A DNA stretch of 64,000 bases from Anthoceros angustus (GCA_010909165.1 MU008166.1:620001-684000), one strand, 5' to 3'; shown: positions 26,811-39,911, counted from the stretch's first letter. Notes: a model not told the origin generated them from the letters alone. Numbers and translations are program-made.

Positions 26811-29170
26811 GTGTTTTATACAGGGGAGAGTACGCCGACTACACGCAGTGCCCAGAATGCGACACACCACGGTTTAGGGAAGGGTTTGATGAGGAAGATG
26901 AAATACCGCGTAAGGTGCTTTGGCATTTTCCGTTGAAGGCACGCCTGCGCGAAATGCCACATACCGAGATGATGACATGGTATGTGGGGAAAGCAGGCCG
27001 GGAGGGACATGACCATCATGGTCGACACCAGCTTGGACAGCTCTTGATGGAGTACGGCTTTGGGGAAGAGCAACGAACGTAAGGTTTGCATTGTGCAGAT
27101 GGCTTCAATCCATTTGGCCACAGTGCGCAAACACATCCATATGGCCGGTTTTGTTGTTCGTGCACAATATGCCACCATGGGCGAGCACAAAGGACGCGAA
27201 TGTGATTATGCCGTTGATTGTGCCGGGGCCTGGCATCGCCAGGAATTTCGATGTCTTTATGGCGCCTTTAATCGAGGACCTGCAGGACCTTTGGAGAGGC
27301 ATGGACACGGAAGACTTCTCCAAACCGTCAACCATCCAAACAGGCATTTCAAACTACGAGCAGCGATTTTGCACGCCATAGCAGACACCAGTTTTGGGAC
27401 TGACGGGATTGCAAGTGAGGGGCCCGTGCATGTGTTGATTCGGGAGGACTTGGATTCACGTATTCTTCGGACTTGAAGAAAGAAATATATGCTGGTTTTA
27501 GGAGGTGGCTTCCGCGGACGACGGACGGTGGATGACGCGGGCTGGTACAATGGAGTGGCGAGTATCGGCCCCACCGCCCGCCATCTTCGTCGATGTCATC
27601 AAGATATGGCGCCGAGTGAACGCGACCGGCGGACTGCGCCATCGAGGCCGGTTTGGAACCGACGGTCGGCCTTGTTTGTAGACCTCCCATCGCGGCGGTT
27701 TTTGAAATGGGCACCAAAGGACGTTATGCACGCCGAGAAAAACAACGCCAAGCCATTTGGCATACGCTGATGAGACCGAGATGACATAGCCTCACGGATG
27801 GACATGGAAGCGAGTGGAGGGAAAGGGTGGTTATGGCCTGTAGGAGAGGATGGCCATTGCCCCCCGGCGGCATATGTCCTGGGTCGAGAGGAACTGAAAC
27901 GGGTTATTGCGGAAATGAAACGCATAAAGCTGCCAACGGGGTACGGATCTAACATAGCTGCGAAAATCGCGAGCGGCAAGGTTGGGAGCCTGAAGTGCCA
28001 TGACTGGCACATAATGATGGAAGTAGTCTTCCCTATTGTCCTCCGAGGGTGCATAGACCCCGATGTGTACAAGGCGGTGGTCAAGTTAGGCCGGTCAGAG
28101 TGGATTTGCCGACAATACCGGCCATGAAATCCAAGCAATGAAAGAGGAGGCAGCGAGGGTGATGTGCGATCCGGAAAAGCCCTCCAAAATGTTTGATATA
28201 TCGACTCACCGATAATCCATCTAGTGGACGAGGTAGGCGGCTCGGACCGGTGCACACGAGGTGGATGTACCGTCGAAAGATACCTTGGGACGAGGAAGGA
28301 CCGTCCGGCAGCGGCGAGGCCGGAGGCCAAGATAGCGAGGGGTACTTGAAGGAGGAGAGCATGCACTATGGGATGGCATTTTGCGGCGTTATTATGGTCA
28401 CGTTGGAGGGCTATGGAGGCGAGCGAGAAGGAGAGAAGGTACTCGGTCCGGGAGGTCAGACAAATTGATGCCGTGGAGGCACGGAAGCGCACACTTATGT
28501 GTTGTACCACATGGAGGTGATGCACGCTTCTAGATATGTACGAGGAAGAGGTCGGAGGTATGGTTCACGTGGAGACCGGCGAACTTTCAAGGTTTGCATG
28601 CGGGAAGGGCTGCCAACGCATGGGAGAATCACCCGGCTATGACGATGAAGTGCGCGCTATCATGGACGGTCCACGAATGGAGGCGAGCTTATCGGCATAT
28701 GTGGAACAAAGGCAGCCACCTTAGAACTATAGGCGGATGAGCGGCGGAGCACTAAGGACAAGGTGCTCGCAAAATTTTTAATGAGCGGGATGAAAGGTAT
28801 GTGGTTGTGAAGGAGAGCGAGTGTTTTATGGTCACATACAGAAATTTTGCGTGCACTGGGAGGAGTACAAGCTGTTATCTTTGAAGGTTCGTTTGAGTGA
28901 GTGTGAGCCGAGTGGACCCGAGCCATCATTGCGGACATCGACACCGGATTCGACCGTGAACATGGAGAGACTTTGCACATACAGAAATTTTGCGTGCACT
29001 TCGGGAGGAGTACAAGCTGTTATCTTTGAAGGTTCGTTGAGTGCAGTGTGAGCCGAGTGGACCCAGGCCATCATTGCGGACATTCGGATTCGACCGGTGA
29101 ACATGGACAGACTTTGCACATACAGGGTGCGCTCCATCGATGGCCCATTTGTGTGGCCCTCACAGGTAAC
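26811..29170 (+). pseudogene. 3' part of the outer CACTA transposase, frameshifted
   Basis: VLYRGEYADYTQCPECDTPRF; SIWPVLLFVHNMPPW...IVPGP...DVFMAPLIEDL; DVMHAEKN; IKLPTGYGSNI...LKCHDWHIMM; GPVHTRWMY; FYGHIQKF. Confidence 0.93.
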
Positions 29171-30359
29171 CCAATGCATGCTACATCCAGAGACGATGGA
29201 GGAGAACATCGGGTGGGCAGTGGCAGTTCCCGCACCAGCGCGGGGATGGAGGGGGTAGGAACCCATGGATTGAGGCAGATAGGAATGATCGTAATTGGGG
29301 TAGAGATGATGACGAGCAAGTGACGGGTTTGCCGAACTGCATAATATGGCGGGCTTGCTGTATATGAAACGAATAAAGACTCAAAGACAACAACACTAAA
29401 TGCCTCGAATGCACATTGGTGACGCATACGGCGGTGGTACACCGGAAGTCAATGAACAAGGGATATGAGTGCGAGCGGCGTCCCGGCCATGTTTCGCAAT
29501 TGCCTCAAGGACGCCAAGGATGGCTCATATGTTTCAAATCTAAGGCCAGCCATTGTACGGACCGAGTGCACGATACCGCCATGAGGGACGAAGGAAGGAA
29601 AAGGTTGCCTGAGGGAGCCAAAAATTGCGGGGAAGGAAGGTCAACGCATGCACGTAAATGGCGTGAGACGGATAGAGGTGGCCAAGGATGTCGGCCGTAT
29701 GCGGCCGACTAACCTACCACATCGGGAGGCGTCTGACGGCGATGTGAGACCGTAGGAAGGTGGAGGGGATGAGGAGGGTAGGTCGTCTTGCCTATCCTCC
29801 TCATCCGCCCCATCCACCTTTCCGGCGTTCAATCGGCGAGCACGGTGGGAGGAGGCTGCCATCGGCGCAAAGGAGGCAACAAAGCGTGAAGGAGGGAAGC
29901 ACGCGATGGCGGGCACAGGTAGGTTCAGGTTCGATGACGTCGAAACTTGGCACCTTCCATCCCCGACGGACGACGAATTGGAGCAATGCAGGCCGAGCCT
30001 GCAGGACATGGACCAAGAAAGCGAAATGCTGGACCAGGTTAGTGTGTTGTGGCACATGATGATATCGTGACGCCACGCAACACATTGTACGGTGTCGACA
30101 TATAGACCAGATCCGGGATGAACGCTATTTCCATGTGCATTGTGTGAATGCGCTTGGATGTGCACGAAGACGATGGATGGCAAGTAGGGGGAATGGGAAC
30201 TATCAAGTGGAAGAGGAGAACAACCCGTCACGCTCCGCGGAGGAGTTGGATGTAAGAGAGGAGGACGAAATGCGGGAATGCAGAAGGTAGCACACAGGAC
30301 GGTCGGAGGGAGGGAGGACAGCAGGAAGGACCGACGGGTGCAGAGGCCCTAGAAAGGGA

Positions 30360-31200
30360 ATGGCGGGCGGAATTTGTTGCGGTGGAGGTGTCATATCAAC
30401 CGCGAGGCGTGGAAGGACAGGCACAGTAGACGTGAATGACCTGGTAAATGGTGTTGATAACGAGGCCTTGGTGAATGCTTTGCTGCACAAGCATGGGGTG
30501 AAATGGCTGAGGAACGCAATAGACAGAGTTGTGAAAGGCGTCGGTAGGGCACCGCTCGGTGGGCTAAGCGAAAGGAGACACGAAGAAATGCTGGAGCTAG
30601 TCAGGACAAAGGTTGTGAACGACCTGGGGTACCTGACAAGGTGGAGGGACGTTCCAAAAGCAGAGAAGGCCCGGTTAATCAAGTGTGTGGCGGAAGCCTT
30701 CCCAGATTTAGTGCTGAAGTCGTGCATAAGTAGACATTTCTCTCAAATGACGCGGACGCGAATGCCAGATGTGTGGATGCTGCGAAGGCCGTTGCGCTGG
30801 AAGAGAGGGAAAAGGGGGAACTACCTCCGAATAGGAAACCTTCCATGGTGGACGATGAAGAGTGGGAAGATGCCTTAGCATGGGCACGACACGAGCTGAA
30901 AAGGAACGGCCGTTTTCAGCCATCCAAGCACGAAATAGCAGCGAAGGAGAGACTAGCCAGAAATGGCGGTATGGGTCCAAACCCGTGGGGAAAGGGAGGT
31001 CGGACAGGCTGGGTGTTGCGGTTTCACAAACGGTATGGCACGTATCCCGCAGATGACGAGGCGTAGTATGGCATGCTAGAGGAACGACAAACATGGAAGG
31101 GCGGGCCCGCGATGATATTCGGTGCCGGAGTTCCTCGACGTGTGAGGGAGGCAAAGTATGGACGAACCCACGAGATGCGTGAGATTGCCGGATAACGCGG
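30360..31200 (+). pseudogene. TnpA/ORF2-like protein of the outer CACTA element, copy 2
   Basis: RWRDVPKAEKARLIKCVAEAFPDL...HFSQMTRTR...KPSMVDDEEWEDALAW...RFHKRYGTYP; downstream of and in the same orientation as the transposase, the usual ORF2 position. Confidence 0.6.
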
Positions 31201-33540
31201 GAAAGGATCGCTGGCCGAATGATATAGAGTTGGAGAAGGATCCCGATCTCGTGGCCTTCCAAGGAGGAGGATAGTGGAATGGGTCAATCCTTCCCGCCGA
31301 CAAGGGGCGCTAGATGTGAGGCGGAAGCCATTCGAGCCGCGGGGAGCCACAAGCATGTGGTGGAGAAAACGCGCACAAATGTGCGGAAGGAAGGACGAAT
31401 GGCGGGGACAACAAGGCGAAGTGGAACCCGACATGGAGAGGGACGCCACGAGGTGAACGATCAACCATGGGAGGACAGGACATCAAGGTGTGTGGTAGGC
31501 CATGGAGCACCAAATGATGTAACAAAAAACAGGGTGCGACCGGCGAGAAGGAAACGCTTACACGGTGGGGCAAACGATGCAAAGCGGCAGCTGTAAGGCG
31601 ATCGACATCGCCGACTATGGCGAGGCGGCGAGGTGGTGGTCCCAGACACCACGAACGGCCGTGGTTGTGGCGTAACATAGCAAAGGGTCATGATCGAGAG
31701 GGGGCATGGTGGGGCATGGGTGCCTCGGGAAAACGGGGCAACGAAGAACATGGTAGGGAGAGGGGCCACCGTAAGTGAGTTGTACATGGGGCCGGTACAC
31801 ATCCGTGGAATGGCGATGCATGGACATCAAGGGTAGTGGCGCAACAGGATGGGCGGATGGACAATGGAGGCGTGAGGGGGGACCGTGGGGTGACGACATG
31901 TGTGCGCAATGGTGCCAAAAACGTTGATCGGGCAGGAATGGAGGCGCGAGATGTAAATGAGACATCTCACACGGGGATCCAGCAGCCTCCAATGGACAGA
32001 TCGACGGCCACGACATGGTGACGATGAGGAAGAGGTGGAGGCGGAGGGGACCGTGGGGTGACGACATGTGTGCGCAATGGTGCCAAAAACGTTGCCTCGG
32101 GGCGGGCGAGGGAATGGGCGCGAGGCAATGAGACATCTCATCACGGGGATCCAGCAGCCTCCAATGGACGGGCCAGGCGTCACGACATGGTGACGATGAG
32201 GAAGAGCACGAGGTGGCGGAAGAGGATGGAGATGTGAACGCGCCTGCCGAACTTTGTACCCGACACATACCGCCGAGCCGATGCCGAGAGCATGGACTGC
32301 AGTGGGCTCCAAAAAGGTGACGCAACCTATGGAGGATGGAGGAGGCCAAGAGGAAAGGAAGGGAATGCCCAAGGCGATGGGGAAGGAAGAGTTACGGCCG
32401 AGGGCGTGGCAGCCAAGGAACGTGACAAGCACGCAATCGGAGGCGGAAGTGGGCGGAAACAAAACAAAGAGAAGGCCGAGAAGGTAAGCTCGCAAATTGC
32501 AACGCACTCGCCAGCGTTATCAAGGGCCATGGAATGGCATGTGGTCATATGTTCTGCAAATCCTGTGAAATGTGGAATCGCGGCTGCACGGAAGGAAAAA
32601 CCAGCAGACCGCTTGAGGAAGGGGAAGGGCAAAATCGGTAGCAGTGTGGGAGGTGCATGCCAGCTGCATGACGAGGAGTAGGCCTTCAAACGAACGGGCG
32701 GGCAACAGAATGCCAACCACAACCCCAATTCACCCCTCCGCGAGGAGGGAGCACGAGGTCGCGGATGGAGATTGCGTTCATTCCTCGCGCGACGAGTGAG
32801 CACGGACACGCGGATGCGGATGCCGGTAGATTCATCCCGCTACCGAGGGAGGACGCCAATTTTGGATGTGGATGCGGCAAAGAACCGCATGTTATCTCGA
32901 GGTGAAACTACGCCTTCGTTGTTCTTGTGGACTAAGGGTTTCCAAAACAAGTACCCTATACGGGACGCCCACAAGGGCACGAAATACGAGTGACGTGAAA
33001 GGCACCGCATAATAGGTGGAAACAACGCGTAAAATTTGCGGTGCCGCACAGTATTGCAAAACGGAGGACAACACATACCACTTGTACGCATAATTTGAAA
33101 AGGCATCGATATAAATTTTGAGTAATGACATCGGGCAATACGTGCACGGAAGCCAAGGCATATTATATACTTATAGTCCGTACACGATAACAATAAAGGC
33201 GGGGAAAACAAAGGAATGAAAGCAATAATGGCAAACCCACATGGGAAGGAGGTTCGGTACCAAGCCTGCAAAACTGGAACATAAGAGGGTGTAACACTTT
33301 GGTTGTTGCAAATATGTTGAAATTTTGAAAGGGCCAAATACCGCCTCTTACTACAATGCAACAAAATTGCAACAAGATCAGAACGCGATTGTAACAAGAT
33401 GGAGGGTTGGTTACCAAGCCCCGACGTAACAAGGGCCAAATAAGTGTAACAAGACCCCACGATTTCAACATAATTGCAACATGGGGGGGTTCAAATCTTA
33501 ACAAAAAGTGTAACATAGGGGGCCATTTCTAGTAGGGTAT

Positions 33541-36020
33541 TGTGACATCGGAGTGGGTAGCCCCAATTGTGGTGGTTCCCAAAAAGCAGAAGGGAAAGAT
33601 ACGGGTCTGTCAGGATTGGAGGAAGTTAAACAAGGTGACCAAAAAAGACCATTACCCGCTTCCATTCATAGACAACATAATCGGACTTAGTTGCAGGAGA
33701 ATGGTCTACCTGCTCGGATGGGTATTCGGGTATAACCACCACATCTCGTGGAGAGTGATTGGCCACCAATGCCCTTCACTACAGATCGGGAACCTATGCC
33801 TACAAACGGAGCGCTGCTCGGATTAACAGGGCACCGTGATCCTTCATGCGACAGTTGTCAAGATTTTCAAGGAATACCTTAGGGACTTCATGGAGGTCTT
33901 CTGGATGACCTGCGTGTTTGAGCAGCGAAAGATCACCTCAACCACCTTCGCAAATGTCCGAACGGTGTCAATGCACAATTGTGTCTACATCCCGAGAAAT
34001 GTTATTTCGCATGCCGAGGGTATTTTGTTGGGGCACCGTGATTGCACGGGGATAGAGGTCGACCCGATAAGGTCAAAATCATTACCGCCTCAAGCCACCT
34101 ACCACATCAAGGAGCTTAGGGATTCCTCGGAATGGTAGGCTATTATCAAGGTTTGTGAAGAATTTTTCCGTAAGGGCCCGCTACGCATGACCAAGGAGCT
34201 TAGGGATTCCTCGGAATGGTAGGCTATTATCAAGGTTTGTGAAGAATTTTTCCGTAAGGGCGGCTACTCGCGCAGGACCAGGTGGGAATGGACGCAAAAC
34301 GAGAGGAGGCCTTCAATGATCTTCGACCACCGATCACAAAGACCCACGCGACCGATCGAGCAAGAAGTTCCACGTGTTTGTAGACGCTTCGCCTATGCAA
34401 TCGGTACCATTCTAAGCCAAAGGGATGACAAGAAGCACGATTACCCAATCTATTATGCAGGGAGGCAGCTCACTGACGCAGAAAAGAAGTATACCACCAC
34501 CGAGAGGGAGGCGCTGGGGATGGTGTACTCGGTTCGCAAGTTTCGTCACTATTTGCTATCCTACGAGTTCGTCTTCCATGTGGACCACTTCGCCCTCAAA
34601 CACCTGGTAAACAAAACTGACTTGTCTGGACGCATAGCAAGATGGATCCTACTCCGCAAGAATTCACGCTCACGGTGGAGACCAGAGGAGGTAAACATGT
34701 GAATGCGATTACATTTCGAGGTCGAGATGAGGAGGTTACACAGACCAAAACGACGATTTTCCCGATGAAGCTCATGGCAGAGTTAGAGGGGGCAGCCGAA
34801 CCATAAGGCGAGGTAAATGGTGGCTCGGCAGAAATGAGAAGGGAGAACGGATACACAAGGCCCACCACGAGGAGATGATGGAATTCGAACGGAAAATACC
34901 ACCGGATCTTTCAAACCCCAGCGGCAAAGCGCTTAGCGTCCGCTTGTACGACGCAAAGACAATCACAATCGGACCGGATGGGCGGGAGTTATGGGTAACA
35001 AGGAGCGAGTTATCCGAGCCGACGGAGATGCACGAGGGGAAGCGGAGGACATTTTGCGCATATATCACGTGCAAGAAGGTGCTTGAAACGGGTACCGGTG
35101 GCAAACCATGCATCGTGATGCTAGGAGTTTGTTAAACGCTGATGCCCCGCGAGGTTGGGAAACCGTCGCAACCACTCAATGGCCAATGGTTCCGATATTG
35201 GCCCCGCGCCATTCGAGAAATGGGGAATAGATTTGTTGGTCCCATACAAAAAGCGAGGGCGACAAAACCAATACATCCTCGTGGCTGACTATTGCACGCG
35301 TATGGTGGAAGCCCAAGCACCTGTAGACACCATGTAGTGGCTGTTCCTCTATGAACACATTATCACTCGATATGGTCCCTTGGAGCTTGTCACGATGAGG
35401 GTCACATTTCGTCAACGGTTATATCTCATATGACGATCTACTTCAACGCGCCACAGAAAACGACTTATAATCCCAAGGCAAATGGCTTAACGGAAAAGGC
35501 GAATGGGCTCTTGTGCGGGATCCTCAACAAACTAACGGTGGAATATGCGATTGGGATCTTAAGCTTCACCCGCCCGCATACCGGATCGCAGAGAAAATAA
35601 CAACGCAACAAACACCGTACTACCTCACCTACGCCATTCTCCTAATGCCTATTGAGTTTGAAATTCCCACCGCGATCTGTGAAACTAACCGCATGGCAAG
35701 AGAGGAAAGTCACCGAACGCCTGGTCGCCTTCGCTAAACATACAGAGGATAGGGAACGGCTGAGCGCATGCGTGATATTCAAAGTAAACGGAAAATATGG
35801 CATGACAATCGGTTGCGGAAGCAAGAGTGGGTAGTTCCTGTGACTTGGCCTCATTGCACGACAATAGGTATATGCACTTTCCGGAAGCTCCATCTTCGAT
35901 GGATGGGGCCATACAAAGTTCTCAAGTCTTCAAAGAATGGCTCAAGACAACCGCAAGAGTTAGCGGGACCTCCACTACCACCCGAGTCAATGGGTGGAGG
36001 GTCAAGAAGTATTATATAAG
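33541..36020 (+). pseudogene. pol: pol (RT, RNase H, integrase) of the Athila-like element, frameshifted
   Basis: VTSEWVAPIVVVPKK...DWRKLNKVTKKDHYPLPFID; PIYYAGRQLTDAEKKYTTTEREAL...VDHFALKHL; PFEKWGIDL; PKANG; RWMGPY; VNGWRVKKYY. Confidence 0.93.
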
Positions 36021-36052
36021 TTGGCGAGGACGCCAACAAATGAGAAGGAGTA

Positions 36053-39000
36053 TGTAAACGATCTAGTCTCGAAACCCCTGTTAAAATGTGCCCAAGTGAA
36101 TTTTTTGTTTTTGAGAGTGGTGTGAAAATAAGTCGATTGAGTAGTTGGGGATATTCATAGTAAAATGTCCTTGGCCTATGGAGTTCTTTTTGTTTTATTG
36201 CCTAGGTTAGATAATAAATGGTCCGGAATTTGGTGTTCCTTGGCCCATGGACCTCGATATCCACTACAAGGTCTATATATGGATAGGGGGGGTGGTTATT
36301 TGGGGTTTGTCTATAAGTTAGGGGTCGACCACGCGGTAGTGAATGAGTATGGGGTTGTGGATTGGGATGGGCGGTCGAGAAGACAACCGCAGCCAAACTT
36401 AACCCTAAGGAAATGTAGGTGACACTGCTCAAACAACGGAGCAACGGCGGAGCCGGCGGGGAGTGGAGCGCAACGGGCGGCCGGAGCGTGAGGTCGCCGA
36501 GGAGCCGTGATTCGAGAGGCGGACCGCGATCACGGAGAGCGAGAGGCGCGATCGTGGTGGAGGCCGCCTCGAACCCTCACCGGTGAAGTCGCAACCCCGG
36601 GGAAGGAAGGCGCGCGGCGCGCTTGGAGGAGGTAGGAACTCGAGACCGACCTTGTGAAATTCAGCGAGGTGGCACTGTGGCGCGAGACCGGGAAGACTAT
36701 CGGAAGGATGGCGCCCAAAGCCACAATGAGATTGCGCTTGCCCAATGGCCAAACATGGATCATTGGAAAGTCCGAGCTGGGGCCCGTGAAGGAGCTGGTG
36801 GGTTTCATGGAGAAGCGGTGGAATTACATGAACGGGATCGGTGCAGGAGTGCGCGCCACCTAAAGACAAGCAACCGGCGAGGGAATTAGAGCAAAACCTC
36901 GGGATTGGGACCGCATTGGTTAGGGAAGTGTATGGGCGCAGAAGGAGGAGGCGGAGGTTTGGTGATGGAACCTTCTCGGAAAAGGAGCACAAAGAAGAAG
37001 CAGCGCCCGGTGAAGGCGGGCGAATCCGGAACCCAATGGTTCGACGAATTGGCAACACAGCTTAATGGTCCGCCAGATGGCTTCTGCTTCCTACAAAGAC
37101 AAGAAGCAGGATTATTTGTCCGACCACTTGCCGTTGTTCCTCCATGAAGTTGTCAAGGCGAAAATCGATCGGGACGAATCCTCTTGAGAAGTTGAGTGAA
37201 GAAAGGTTGAACTGATTTCTCCTACCCTCGGCCCTCTCTAATTTCACCATTCCTAGTTCATCTTTATGCGCATGCTAATTGCCCCGCCAGAGGTAGAAAT
37301 TGTGGCCTCCTTCATATGTGGAAGCCTAGGAGGTGAAGTGGAAGGCGGAGGAGCCCAAGGAGGAAATTGAGGAGGAATCGGACACTGGGAGTCCATGGCG
37401 ATGTGCCCGAGGAAGAGAAGGAAATTCTACCAAAGAAGAAGAGGAAGACCGAGGCGACGGTCCCAAAAAAAAGTGAAGGTGGACGCCAGTCGGCGGTGCC
37501 GCTACCACGAAAAAGCAAAGAAAATGAAAGCCAAACGCATCGAGGTGGCGGAGGAAGAGGCGCGATCCGAGGAAGAAAATTTTCTTGACACGGATGCGAT
37601 GATGAATCAACCCGAGGAATTAGGTCGACCTCGTGAGCGGACCCTCCTCAAAGATGGGAAGAGATTTTCAAGGGACTCCAGCAGCAGAGGTGGATGCAAT
37701 TAATTGGTGAGGGTGCGCACTTTGTTGGGAAGGAAGGTGCTCGACGGAGGATGGCGCCCGCACGGGCCACAACAAGTGGAATTACAGGAGCCGAGACATC
37801 GATGATCCGGGCCCAAGCGATTTGTTGGACCAAGCGGCCTTGGCTCTCACATGGCTCGGTGCAAGGGCGGCGGAGGAAGTGGTGAAGGCCAGTTTGACGA
37901 GGAGAGGCCAAGCGCAAGCAATCGGAGGAAGACAAGCGGCCTTAGAGGAGATAAGATCAAGCTTCAGGATTTGTGCAGGCCTGTGAGAAGAGCCATGACG
38001 AGTCACAGGAAGCGCCATGGCTCAAATCAAGGATGCCCACGAGTCAAACCAGAGATGGTGGAGTTGTTGCGAGCCCAGAGTGTGAGGCGGCCTCTGTGGA
38101 GAAGGTCCATAAGCTGGCGGAACGGTATAAACGGGAGCGGATGAGGCACGTGGCCGAACGAGAAAAGAGAAGGGAAGCGAGGTGGACCACGACCGGGTAG
38201 TGGAAGGCACTACCGAGGGAAGGAACAGCCAAGGTAGTCAAACACCTACCACGGCCGGACCAACGACGGTCGTGGAGACCACCGTAGCGGAAGCCAAGGG
38301 ATCGGCGGGGCGACAGTGCGACGCGCACCCGCGAGGACATGGACCGAGCAACGGTGTAGTCTACGGAGGAGGGGGTAAGCACCTCCGCAGCAGGATCCTA
38401 TTATGTTGCGGCACATGGATGAGGAAACTTACGCTCGGGTCTATATGTGAATGGAGAACGCGGCTTAACTTCACCGCCCATGTGCGGTGGAAATAGGAGG
38501 GATCAGTCCTACCCATCGCAAGTGAGGACCCGGTGCATACTTCTACCATTGCGCCAGTGTGGGGATTGGCCCCTATTATGCGGAGGCGACTTGGAGGAGT
38601 TGAGTGAAGAGGAGGTCCAGCTTGGGTGGATGAGGAACCGTGGTAATCCTCAAGAATAGGCGGCCGGAAGAGGCGGAAGCCCGGTGGTATGCCCTCAATT
38701 AGGACGCCCAGCAGTGACAGTGAGGTGGAAGTGGGAAAACCCGCTGACCGGGCGGGTGAGGGCTCGTGGCGGGCGGCGATGGAGGACGAAGGCCAGGCGG
38801 ACGAGTCGGGGAGGGCGGATAGCGAGGCAATAAGGTGGTAGCATCCTAAATGAAAATTTGAGGATGCCCCATCGACCTAGATCGCTTAGAATTGTGGGTG
38901 CGCCTTTAGCTTTTTAGGATCTAGAAACTGGGAAACGGGGCCCGATGTATAAGAGGGGCAACTTTTGCCCACCACAACAGATAACTCGTTGAGATCCCCA

Positions 39001-39911
39001 CGCCTGTGGATGGTTGGAGACGTCCGATTGATGAGGTGGTGTGCGAGACGCCCCGGGAGTGGTCGAGAGCTTGCTCCGCAACGGAGGGAAGGAGGTGATG
39101 GAGCAATTTGCCGACAACGGAGGAGGAAGCCAAGGGATCGGCGGCGGTCCGGAGCTTGCTCAACGCCCGCGCGACGCCTTCTCCTTCACCTTTAAACCCG
39201 AAAGTTGTGTTCAAATCGTGAATTGTGTGAGTGCATGGTTGGTAGCCTGGGCGAATTGAGGGAGGGAGAGAGAGAGAAGAGATCGGGTGAAGGAGAGATC
39301 AAATCAGATGCTGGCGCGAGGTGTGAGATCGTGGCGGAAGAGTAAGTGAGCGAATTGGAGCGTTAGCAAAGGAGAATTGTGTGTGAATTGAGAACTCAAA
39401 CCGGTCTTTGGCGTGGAAAGTGCACAAGGAAAACAAAGTCTCTAGTAGAAACCGTGGGGTGGCGCCTGTGTGTGTGTGTGTGTGTGAGGAGTAAGCGTGG
39501 TATCCTAGGAACTTTGGTCTCTAGGAATTGGTGGTGTGCATGAAGTGTGGAGTGCCAAATAAAGTCCGATCCGTGAGCACGTAGCGCCCGTGTCCCGCGC
39601 CCGCCGGAGATGAGTTGCTAGGGTTTGGTGTGGGACCCACCTCGGTAGTCGTAGCAACTACCGGTTGTGGAATGAGATTTGCGGTCGTGAAATGGGATTT
39701 GCGGTCGTTGGACAAGTCGGAAGGTAGTAGTAGTTGAGTAGATAGGTAAGAGGAGTGATAGCAGTGAGCCCGACTTAGGCAAAGGTCGAGTGATAGAAGT
39801 TAGCGTCTCTTGGCACAAACCATTCCCTTGGGAGCGAATCCTAGGCCTACAACGACATTGAGGGTGAATGTGGACCTCACGGTGTCCCTAGACACAAGGT
39901 TACACTCCACA
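36053..39911 (+). repeat. 3' LTR of the Athila-like element (3' end firm; 5' start tentative)
   Basis: 38382-39911 matches 1-1617. Candidate start TGTAAAC at 36053 follows hairpin GTTGGCG-AGGA-CGCCAAC and purine tract GAGAAGGAG. Confidence 0.55.

Larger units (their letters stand above)
7759..33537. mobile_element. CACTA (En/Spm)-superfamily DNA transposon with CCCTA termini, ~25.8 kb including the nested element
   Basis: Left end (C)CCTACTAGAAATGGCCCCTATGTTAC; right end GTAACATAGGGGGCCATTTCTAGTAGGG; 3-bp TSD TAT (7756-7758 and 33538-33540); TGTAACA/TGCAACA subterminal motifs; contains a TnpD-type transposase; removal restores the RT frame. Confidence 0.92.
1..39911 (+). mobile_element. Athila-like (non-chromovirus) Ty3/Gypsy LTR retrotransposon; 5' end lies upstream of the window; interrupted by a CACTA-superfamily element at 7759-33537
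   Basis: 1-1617 matches 38382-39911, both ending CACTCCACA. PBS TGGCGCCGTTGC follows a short T spacer. Domain order is gag, protease (DSG), RT, RNase H, integrase ending GPY...VNGWRVKKYY, with no chromodomain. Confidence 0.85.

Noticed and set aside
27599-28525. 308-aa minus-strand ORF
   Set aside because: Antisense to the transposase.
23186-29170. One element with two divergent transposases
   Set aside because: A CACTA TIR at 26810 separates them, and the plus-strand gene continues from 16376.
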